From an uncultured Gammaproteobacteria bacterium (GTDB lineage: Bacteria; Pseudomonadota; Gammaproteobacteria; JAURND01): a stretch of DNA of 64,000 nucleotides. Below the pieces are notes generated by a model. That model was not told the origin of the DNA. It did no database searches and was given only the letters and a program-made list of their open reading frames with translations. The stretch is from NCBI GenBank assembly GCA_963797335.1, contig CAWCOU010000006.1, positions 10,108 through 74,107 on the forward strand, in the 5' to 3' direction. The position numbers and the translations under genes are program-made. Each line of letters opens with the position of its first letter. The stretch's first letter is position 1. Positions 1 through 8,500 of this stretch are shown here, in pieces.

Positions 1-1619
1 GCCGATTGATAAAAACTAACCCCTGGAACCACAGAAGTAGTAGAAGCAGAACTTTGGGATTGCTTTATTGATTTAAGATAAGAATCTGCACTCGGATAAT
101 TTTGCTTTGCTGCTAATTCGTAAAGTGAGATCGCTCTATCTATATTTTTTTCAACCCCTAAGCCAGTTTCATAACAATGCCCTAGCCTCATGAATGCCCT
201 AGCATTCTTTTCTTGTTTTGCTGCCCTTTTATATAAACGGGCGGCTGCTTTATGATCCATTGCCACGCCAAGCCCCCTTTCATAGCATTCACCCAAATCA
301 ACGAGATCATCTGCCCCCTTTGTCTTTTTCGCTTTCTGCAAAGTGGCTTTAAAATAGGCTTCTTGCTTTGCCATCTGAGCATTTCTAAAGTCGTTGCCTA
401 ATTTCTCATTCGCATTTTCTGAGGCGGCAAGCTTCTCTCCAAATCGTTTAAGTTCTGATTCCTCTTTAGGAGAGCTAAGACTATATTCATGGCGTTTTCC
501 TATCTTGCCCTTATAATTTGAGTTAGATGTGCTCTCCCTCTGCAAAGACTTATTATACGCGTCCATAGCTTGGTTATACATGTTTCTTGCAAATGATAAT
601 CTCTCGGGACTGTTTAAACTCCTAGAAGAGGTTGGAGCCCTTGAGTCTCTGGAATCTTTCAAATTCTGCCGTGCGCTCTGTGCAGCTTGTCTATATAAAT
701 TTTTTGCGTGTAGCATATCCTTTGATAACTTCTTGGCGCTGTTTATACTCGTAAAAGAGCCGGGGATCCTTGCGTCGCTGAAATCTTTAAAATTCTCTCG
801 TGCAAGTGGACAGAATGGGCTTACTGCGGCCCGCCTATATAAATCTTCTGCTTGGCTCATATCTTTTTTAACGCCTATACCCGCTTCATAATGATATCCC
901 TCCATAAGCAGAGCATTTGGATCCCCCTTGTTAGCCCTACGGATTAATTTGAGTCGATCAAGCTCTTTTGGTGTTAAATGATCAGGTAATGAAGAGCTAC
1001 TTAATTTTTTTTCAGAAATATTTGATGGGCTGGAAGAAACGAAAGTATCTGTGGAGTATTCGAATGATTTATCACTAGAAAAAATAATACTTCCAAAGCT
1101 CTTTTGTTCGCTTTCGCTTGCTGTTTGTGAAGAGGGAATGGTAGTTGATTGAGAAATATCTGGACTTGGAATGCGAGCTTTTCCAAAATACGCTTGTCGG
1201 TATTGGGATTTTTCAGAACTGTAATTTCTTCCCAATAAAGTATCAACAATGACTAGAGCATTCTCATAATCACTAACGGACTTCCCTACTTTAATGGGAT
1301 GGTAATAAGGATTTTGTAAGATACTATAAATTTTATTAAAATTGTTCTTGTCTGTCGGATCGATAGCAGCGAGAGCTTTTAATAATAGGTCGCGTTTTTT
1401 TATATTTTCTCTAGAGGTAAGATGAGCTAGAGGTGATTTAAAATTTTCTTTGATACAATAAGAAACACAAGATCGCAAATCACTGCCATCATGATTATTC
1501 CAGTGTAATTTTTTTTCCCTTAATCTATCATCTGAATACATCAGTATTTCTCTGGTCTTTTCATTATAGGATAATTTTTCTAAAGGAAGTTGTTCTCTTT
1601 GTTTGCTATCAGCGCTCAT
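1..1619 (-). CDS. Sel1-repeat protein. N-terminal 539 codons only; the ORF continues past the window start. Serine-rich unique N-terminal half, then at least 4 Sel1 units.
   Basis: I translated the reverse complement by hand. There is one open frame from ATG at 1619-1617 down to position 1 with no stop. The mRNA has RBS GAGGA 7 nt upstream of the ATG, and the start lies 16 nt after the stop of the upstream gene. Sel1 signatures are present (GYHYEAGIGVKKDMSQAEDLYRRAA, LGECYERGLGVAMDHKAAARLYKRAAKQ, LGHCYETGLGVEKNIDRAISLYELAAKQ). The gene is missing from the ORF track, probably because it is truncated at the edge. Confidence 0.8.
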   Translation of the reverse strand, partial: MSADSKQREQLPLEKLSYNEKTREILMYSDDRLREKKLHWNNHDGSDLRSCVSYCIKENFKSPLAHLTSRENIKKRDLLLKALAAIDPTDKNNFNKIYSILQNPYYHPIKVGKSVSDYENALVIVDTLLGRNYSSEKSQYRQAYFGKARIPSPDISQSTTIPSSQTASESEQKSFGSIIFSSDKSFEYSTDTFVSSSPSNISEKKLSSSSLPDHLTPKELDRLKLIRRANKGDPNALLMEGYHYEAGIGVKKDMSQAEDLYRRAAVSPFCPLARENFKDFSDARIPGSFTSINSAKKLSKDMLHAKNLYRQAAQSARQNLKDSRDSRAPTSSRSLNSPERLSFARNMYNQAMDAYNKSLQRESTSNSNYKGKIGKRHEYSLSSPKEESELKRFGEKLAASENANEKLGNDFRNAQMAKQEAYFKATLQKAKKTKGADDLVDLGECYERGLGVAMDHKAAARLYKRAAKQEKNARAFMRLGHCYETGLGVEKNIDRAISLYELAAKQNYPSADSYLKSIKQSQSSASTTSVVPGVSFYQS

Positions 1620-1635
1620 AATTTCATCCTCTGTC

Positions 1636-2985
1636 TCAAGTAGCCATTTGGAGTTTTTGGTTTTCGTCCGCTGCCAGATGGTATGAATCATAGGCCAATT
1701 TGGCGATAGCAACCATCAGCAAGAGAGTGAAGAGGGCAATCCCAATCGTCGAAACCAGATCATCTTTTGCAAGACACAATATCAAAGACACCCCACCAGC
1801 CGCTGTAGCGGTTTCCGCAGCGATGGCGGTGGCCAGAATATTCTTTTTTTCTGGCGATAACGTATCGGTGAATGTATGAAAAATACCGGATTTAGCCAGT
1901 TGCTCGATTTGTGCCATTCCCCGTAGTGTATCATTCACCTTGTCGTGCAGGTGTTTCGATTTCTTCTGCAGTGCAGCCGACAGCTTATTAGGAAATGATA
2001 AGTCAGAGCAGGTAGCGGTTTGATTCCCGGAGTCTAACGCTGGCTCAACGAGAAAACCTCTATCCGCAGCCGTTTCTGTGTCTTGCCGGTATCGTTGGAT
2101 GACCTCAGGCGCAATTCCGCCGAACTGATCCCCCAATAAGTTTTGCTCCGGATTGGCATCTTGTTTATACTGTCTTGCGGTGTCAGTGATGACCCATTTC
2201 CCTTTATCCGTAAAACTCGATTTCTTTTTCCTATGGCGCATGATTTTTTCCAATGCTTTTTGGCCAATCGACACCTTCGCCTTTTTTACAACAGGGGTGC
2301 CAGTTGCACCTTTTTCCTTATCAACATCCCAGGTTGATTTTTCTCGATGAATTCTCGCCTCTGTTTTTAACCGAACAAAGTTTCTTATTGATTGCTCATC
2401 GGGTACGGCTGCTTCATGCCCTGCCAAAGGTATACCTATGTCGCCTTTTTCCGTATCAGCAGCATTCACAGTGGTTATTTCATCGGTCTTTGTTTTCATC
2501 GTGCCGATGTCAAACACGGAAAAATCAGGTACGGACTTTGCTATATCGCTGATAGTATCAGGACGTGTCGATGGGAAAAAAGAAAACGACGCCATTTTTA
2601 GAGGAAGGGGAGCACCTTCTGCCGAAAGCGTTGCCTGTTGATAATCACGGATAAGGAAAGCAATTCGCGTGCTTTTCTCCATAGTTAAAGAGTATTCAGC
2701 TAAGTTGAAGGGGGCAGAGGTTAGAAACTTGATAATCCCGTCCCGCAGTTCCACATAATTTTTAGGGTCTTTTAGGTTTAATAATGGGCAATGAGGGTTT
2801 TGTTTTAAATAATCCTGAATTTGGGCGGTGAGTTCGTCTTTTCCCTTTATCGTGATATGTGTCACATCGACGAGGGCTTGAGTCAGTTTTACCAATAGGC
2901 CGTCGCGCGATTGCTCGGAATCTGATGGAGCCGGTAAAACAGGGGGAGCCGTTACTTTTACTGTTTCTTTTATTAAACTAGCCAT
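1636..2985 (-). CDS. Hypothetical 449-aa protein with a C-terminal TM segment. No recognisable domain. Co-operonic with the Sel1 gene downstream.
   Basis: Long ORF. C-terminus has hydrophobic GGVSLILCLAKDDLVSTIGIALFTLLLMVAIA. Lysine-rich central region. AT-rich composition unlike the backbone. Confidence 0.6.
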   Translation of the reverse strand: MASLIKETVKVTAPPVLPAPSDSEQSRDGLLVKLTQALVDVTHITIKGKDELTAQIQDYLKQNPHCPLLNLKDPKNYVELRDGIIKFLTSAPFNLAEYSLTMEKSTRIAFLIRDYQQATLSAEGAPLPLKMASFSFFPSTRPDTISDIAKSVPDFSVFDIGTMKTKTDEITTVNAADTEKGDIGIPLAGHEAAVPDEQSIRNFVRLKTEARIHREKSTWDVDKEKGATGTPVVKKAKVSIGQKALEKIMRHRKKKSSFTDKGKWVITDTARQYKQDANPEQNLLGDQFGGIAPEVIQRYRQDTETAADRGFLVEPALDSGNQTATCSDLSFPNKLSAALQKKSKHLHDKVNDTLRGMAQIEQLAKSGIFHTFTDTLSPEKKNILATAIAAETATAAGGVSLILCLAKDDLVSTIGIALFTLLLMVAIAKLAYDSYHLAADENQKLQMAT

Positions 2986-3071
2986 AAGTCTTCTCTATCA
3001 TTATCGGCAAAGTAACCCATCCCTTAAAGCAGGGGCTGGACGCTAATTTTTAACATATTAAATCACGGTGG

Positions 3072-3094
3072 TATTAAGAAAAAGTTAAAGCTGT
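3072..3094 (-). promoter_or_regulatory. Possible PmrA-type direct-repeat box (cTTTAACt-N4-CTTAATAc on the minus strand, read TTAAGAAAAAGTTAAAG on the plus strand). Sits in the divergent promoter region between 1636..2985 and 3186..5444.
   Basis: Two TTAA-containing half-sites with 11-bp centre spacing. This resembles the Legionella/Coxiella PmrA consensus cTTAATatT-N2-cTTAATatT. Weak match, judged by eye only. Confidence 0.2.
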
Positions 3095-3185
3095 AGGACG
3101 CCGAAAAATAGGGGAAATTTAGCGGTTTCATAAATCCTTAAGCTAAAACCCATATAATTTTCTTAATCCTACGAAAGGTGAGAAA

Positions 3186-5444
3186 ATGACTGAGAACAAC
3201 CAACCCATTGAAAAGACAAAAAATAATTCCCTAGACGCCACGCCCGCTATTTCTTCAGAACCTAAAAAAGCCGACCTAAGTATGGATCCCTTGCTTGCCA
3301 GGCTGACGACGTTTTTAGGCAGTAAGGGAGGAGCAACTTTATTGAAACTCAATAAGGAACATAAGCAGGAATTTAAGCAAACGGTGAACGGCCAACGCCA
3401 ACTGGAGGAAATTGGGCCAAATCCATCCGCATTGGGGGATTTGAATGGCGGTGAAGACCCGATAAAAGTGGTTGAGCGTCATAGAAAAGTGATAGAGGGA
3501 ATTCAGAAATCGCGGGCGTATATAAGCTACAAGAATTACGAAAAGAGGAAAGAAGCGGAGTTGGATGAAGACCAGCTGGATGCGCTTCGAGCGCCGGGAG
3601 CTAGGGGGGTATGGGAACAAGAGGTAAGAAGTGATTGGGAAAGAGAGCGAAGAACAGAATTAAGCAAAGTACTAAAGGATTATCCCAGCTATTATTACCT
3701 GAAACATATTTTCACCGAAGAGGATTTGCGAGTACTCCCGCCCGTTTCGGAAATGCAGGCTCTTTATTCTAATAACACGGATCGATTACTTACCCATGTC
3801 CTGGCCCATGCCAAGGGGCCTGCTCAGATTATCCGCACTTTTGCGGATCTAGAAGTTTTGGATACGGATTTCCCCCAACACACTCAGCAAGTCATTAAAA
3901 GCATATTCGACACTCCGATGCATCTTAGAAGTTTAGTCGCGAATGACCCGAACTTTCTTCAAACTTTCTGCAGAAGGTTTCCAAACCATCAAGAGGAAAT
4001 CCTCAAACGTTTTCTGGAAAACCCTATCGCTCGTTACCCTGTCATAAGCGATATGGAAGCTATGCGAAACTTTTGTGGACAGTTTCCTGCTTATAAAGAA
4101 ACGGCATTCGATATTATGATAAAAGCGGGTTTTCAACCGATATTACCCAACCTGGATAAGTTGGAAATATTTTGCGATATATTCCCTGAGAAGGAAGACT
4201 TAATTCTAGATAAAGTAATTGCTTTATATAAAGGTGACCCTCAGAAATTGGCTGATAAAAATCGCATAGAGACCTTAATTGATTTTTACAATAGATTTCC
4301 AAAACACGGTGCTTTGTATATAGAATATATTCTTCAGAATGATAATGTGTCTGGATATTGGTTTAATAATATTAGCTCATTAGCCACGCTATGGGAGCAG
4401 CTCTCCGACGATCTTAAGAAGTCAGTTATAAAAAAATTATTTGAAAATGGGGTGTTGTTTAGTCAGTTATTAAGAAGTCCACAGGACCTGGTTGTTTTCA
4501 AAGAAAAATTCCCTGAATATGTGGATGCGGCTATTATAAAGATGATAGAAAATGGAATTAATAATCGATATGAAAAAAATAAAATATTTAATGATATACA
4601 ATCCTTAGTTGAGGTTTCTAAAGAATTTCCGAAGCAGAGTCCTTACATTGTAAAAAATGTCATGGACTATGTCTTCCAGGATGAGAAACGTTTTTCTAAA
4701 ATGTTTGTCGACGTCAATGCGCTATGGGTGCTTTCTCAAAGAGATCCGGAATATGCAAATAAGGCCATCTTGCATATTGTAGATAGCGAATCGGAATTTA
4801 ATCGATTCTTTACTCGACGGGATAGTAAGACAGGGCAATATCATGTCAATAAAGAGGTTTTACAAGATTTTGTTGCGAAGTTTCCCGAGCATTCAGCTCT
4901 TATATTGAACAAGACAATTCATCCGGCAGAGCTCTCCCAGTCACCTTTGGATAGAAAGGAAAAGGAAACTCCTGTCGCTGTGCCTACTCAACCAAGTTCA
5001 CAAATGACTGAGAGGGAAAAGGAAAGCCCTGTCGCTTTGGCTACTCAGCCAAGAACGGCTCCTGCCGATCCTAATCAGGATAGTCGGGCAGAGAGCAAAA
5101 ATTCACCCATTCCAAACCCAATTGGGGTAGGGCGAGGGTTCACCTTATTTGGTAGCAATGTCTCGATCCCGCGCCTCGTGGGTTCAGCTTTAGGGGGTTC
5201 TGCAATTGCCACAGGTGGAACCTTATTAGGAATGACGCTATTAGGTATGCAAGCTGGAGCGCCCGAATTATTGGTGTCAGCTGCTATTGGTTTAGCGATT
5301 GGTGTACTTTTTTATTTGCTGCTGGTTCATAAAAGTTCTAAGGAATCGCCGGTGAAGGTGGCTTCAGAGAATTCTTCTTTGAGCCAAGAAGAAGAGACAA
5401 ATCGCTCCCCACGTACCACGTCACCCCGAGCGCTCGGGACGTGA
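3186..5444 (+). CDS. Hypothetical 752-aa repeat protein. About 7 degenerate ~37-aa [F/V]xxxFP repeats, a tandem PVA(V/L)xTQP repeat pair, a Gly-rich TM hairpin and an acidic C-terminal tail.
   Basis: RBS-like AAAGGTGAG upstream. Repeats visible in the translation (FCRRFPNHQEEIL, FCGQFPAYKETAF, FCDIFPEKEDLIL, FYNRFPKHGALYI, FKEKFPEYVDAAI, VSKEFPKQSPYIV, FVAKFPEHSALIL). C-terminus reads GSALGGSAIATGGTLLGMTLLGMQAGAPELLVSAAIGLAIGVLFYLLLV followed by SQEEETN. The central portion is about 30-35% GC. Confidence 0.7.
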   Translation: MTENNQPIEKTKNNSLDATPAISSEPKKADLSMDPLLARLTTFLGSKGGATLLKLNKEHKQEFKQTVNGQRQLEEIGPNPSALGDLNGGEDPIKVVERHRKVIEGIQKSRAYISYKNYEKRKEAELDEDQLDALRAPGARGVWEQEVRSDWERERRTELSKVLKDYPSYYYLKHIFTEEDLRVLPPVSEMQALYSNNTDRLLTHVLAHAKGPAQIIRTFADLEVLDTDFPQHTQQVIKSIFDTPMHLRSLVANDPNFLQTFCRRFPNHQEEILKRFLENPIARYPVISDMEAMRNFCGQFPAYKETAFDIMIKAGFQPILPNLDKLEIFCDIFPEKEDLILDKVIALYKGDPQKLADKNRIETLIDFYNRFPKHGALYIEYILQNDNVSGYWFNNISSLATLWEQLSDDLKKSVIKKLFENGVLFSQLLRSPQDLVVFKEKFPEYVDAAIIKMIENGINNRYEKNKIFNDIQSLVEVSKEFPKQSPYIVKNVMDYVFQDEKRFSKMFVDVNALWVLSQRDPEYANKAILHIVDSESEFNRFFTRRDSKTGQYHVNKEVLQDFVAKFPEHSALILNKTIHPAELSQSPLDRKEKETPVAVPTQPSSQMTEREKESPVALATQPRTAPADPNQDSRAESKNSPIPNPIGVGRGFTLFGSNVSIPRLVGSALGGSAIATGGTLLGMTLLGMQAGAPELLVSAAIGLAIGVLFYLLLVHKSSKESPVKVASENSSLSQEEETNRSPRTTSPRALGT

Positions 5445-5506
5445 GACGCTCGGGACGTGGAGCGCTTGGGTGACGTGGGGAGTTACTATTTTTTAGAAAA
5501 ATAATC
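5445..5506. terminator. GC-rich compound palindrome that acts as a bidirectional terminator between two convergent genes. It overlaps the last codons of 3186..5444.
   Basis: cacgtcaccccgagcgctcgggacgtg...gagcgcttgggtgacgtgg. The arms are reverse-complementary, and CGGGACGTG is repeated inside. Confidence 0.5.
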
Positions 5507-8500
5507 TCATGCAGGGCCTTTCGTGGGTTGCTCTGCCAATGGGGTGGGAGAGGTATGAGTAAGTTCTTTTGAAGTAGGCATTTCAGTTGATGATGAGAAA
5601 AACCCCATCTTTGTTCCTTTAGGCTTTTTGGGCTTTTTAGGTTTTTTTGATTCAAGACGGGGCTGTGTTTTCTTTATATCACCTTGCGTATTAGACAAGC
5701 TCGCCTCATGATCTTTATCCAGTTTAAGCTGTATGGGTGAATAACCAGATGCTTGAATGGACGTATATAAGTGAAGGGCATCTTTTATATCCTTTACTTT
5801 ACCCGCTTTAATATTCACAAATAAAGCTGCCGCATAGGCATCTCCTTGTTCTGCTGCTTGTGCTAATAAGGTACTTCCCAGGGTTAAGTCTTGTCGAATG
5901 CCAAACCCATGTATGTACGCCAATGCGAGGCAACTTGTCGCTAACGAACTTCCTTGTTTTGCAGATTTGAAATAAAGTTCTAAAGCCTTCGGGATGTCTT
6001 GTTTGCCCCCTTCACCTAACAGATAACAAAACGCAAGATTATTTCGTGCATCGCAATTTCCTTGCTCAATGGCTAGGTTATAAAGCCTTATGGCTTCTTT
6101 AACATCTTTTTCGAGGCCTTTACCGTGCTGATAACAGTATCCAAGGTTACTTTGTGCTGGAGAAAAACCTTGCTCTGCCGCTAACTTGTAAAACCGGATG
6201 GCTTCTTTAACATCTTTTTCGATGCCTTTGCCATGGCAATAACAATGCCCAAGGTTATTTTGTGCTGGAGAAAAACCTTGCTCTGCCGCTAATTTGTAAA
6301 ACCTAACGGCTTTTTTAATATCTTTTTCAACTCCTTTACCGTGTTCATAATTAAACCCAAGCTCAAACTGTGCAGGAGCGTCGCTTGGTTCTGTCTCCAT
6401 ACTAATAGACTCGGCAACTTCTTTGGGATCTTCTTGAATACGATTATTCTGTTTAGAATAAACACCCCATTTCATAAGTTTAGATACTGCTCTGGAATGA
6501 CCTTGTTTTGCTGCTGACTGATAAAGTTCAATGGCTTTTTCTTCATTTTGCTCAATACCTTGACCCAGCTCATAACAAACTCCTAGCATATATTGTGCTC
6601 TTGCATGACCTTGTTCTGCTGCCAGCTTGAAAATCGGCACGGCATCTTTGGCACTCTTCCCAACGATTTCACCTGAGAGATAATGATACGCAAGATAGTA
6701 TTGTGCAGATGCATCATTTTGTTTTGCTGCTAATTGGTAGTATCTGACGGCTTCTTTGATATCTTTTTTAACCCCTTTACCCGTAGCATAGGCAAGCCCA
6801 AGCTCAAACTGAGCCGTTACATATTGAATGGCTTTCGGAAGATCTTTTTCAACTTCGCTGCTTGTTCTATAAGTTCCAAGGATACATTGGGCATCTACAA
6901 AACCTTGATCTGCCGCTAATCGATAGAGCCTAAGCGCTTCTTTTACGTCCCGTTCAACCCCGTTTCCGTAAAGATAACAATTTCCAAGTGCGTATTGTGC
7001 AAATGAATATTCTTGTTCGGCTGCTAATCGATGAAGTCTAACCGCTTCTTTAGCGTCTTTCTCTACCCCTTCTCCTTGAAGATAACAATTTCCGAGTGCA
7101 TACTGTGCCAATGTAAATTCTTGATCTGCTGCCAATCGATAGAGTCTAACCGCTTCTTTAGCGTCTTTCTCTACCCCTTCTCCGTTAAGATAACAACGTC
7201 CAAGAGCATGTTGTGCAATAGGATAATCGTCTGCTAATCGATAGAGTCTGATTGCCTCTTTAGTGTCTTTCTCAACCCCATCTCCGTAAAGATAACAATC
7301 CCCGAGTACGAAGTGTGCGAGTGAATTTCCTTTTTCAGCTGCTAGTTGTAAGAATCTAACAGCTTTTTTAGCGTCTTTCTCAACCCCTATCCCCAGATTA
7401 TAACACAATCCTAACGCACATCGGGCTTGGTCAAACTTTTGTTCGGCAGATAAACTAAGCCATTTAATGGCAGTAGGAATATCTTTTTCAATAAGTTTAG
7501 TTATCTTTGTCAAATAGAGCATACCCAAATAAAATTGGGCTATGGGATCACCTTGGTGAGCAAAATGATGAAGTTGATTTATCTTTGCTGGGGTTAAACT
7601 TACTATAAAATAAGGATTTAGTAGGCTTTCTGACATTGAAGAAATCGGTTTATTTTTTTTGGCATTTTCCTGCACTGTAGATTCTGATAGGGGTTGCACT
7701 GGTGGCACAGAGATAGAGGGTGAATTTTTCTTCTGTTCCGTTTGATCGTGCTCGGTTGCTGATAGTTTTAATAAAGCTTCAATAGTCAATGGTTTTAACT
7801 GATTGGCTTTATTTTGAATATCCTGCCAATCTATTTTAGGGGCGCGTTTTTTCTTGGTGCCGTGTTGTAATCTATTGCATATGATTTGTAATGTTTTAGG
7901 ATTTTCTTTTTCCCCTTTTTTTGCCAGAATAAGTGGTGAATACGAGAGTCGCTCTAGGGTTAGAAAAGATTTTGCAATGTGGTCGACCAGAGATTTAATG
8001 ACAGAGAATAAACCACGTTTTTTGGGATTGTCACCGGTCAGCTCCTGTTCTTCTTGCATAGCTGCCATGAGTGCAATAGCAAAGCCATAGCGATCGGGTT
8101 GATGAGAGTACGGGTTGATCGGCCCTTTGGGGTGGCGAAGAATACACTTTTGGATCAAGCTGATATCACCTGATTTGGCAGCATCAATTATTTGTTGAAC
8201 TTTAGGGATATCGTGTTCTTCTTCTGAAAAAATCGGTGTTTTTTTAGCTTCTTTTATTTCGGGCCAATCAATAGGCACATAAGTAGTGTTAGGTGGTATC
8301 TCCTCAGAAATTGATGCTTTTTTAGCTTTTTTTATTTTTGTTCGATCTAAAGGCACATGAGGAGTGCTAGCTAGTGTCTCCTTCATGTCTGGTGCAGGTA
8401 GTGGGGAAGTGCCGACTGCTACCTTGCTTTTGCCAAGTCCTTGTTGCCAGTGCTCGGGGTTGCGCCCAATTCTTTCCCGAATAAATTGATATAATTGCTG

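Noticed and set aside
188-1249. Track ORFs 188-382(-), 529-891(+) and 1001-1249(-)
   Set aside because: They are out-of-frame or antisense to the long Sel1 reading frame (1-1619, minus strand) that I verified by hand. They have no RBS or domain support.
2034-2641. Six short ORFs inside or antisense to the 1636-2985 gene
   Set aside because: Nested in a longer ORF and low-complexity. Typical spurious frames.
6880-7420. Regular tandem repeats that might be mistaken for a CRISPR array
   Set aside because: The units are 108 bp and contiguous with no unique spacers. They lie in-frame within a Sel1 coding region.
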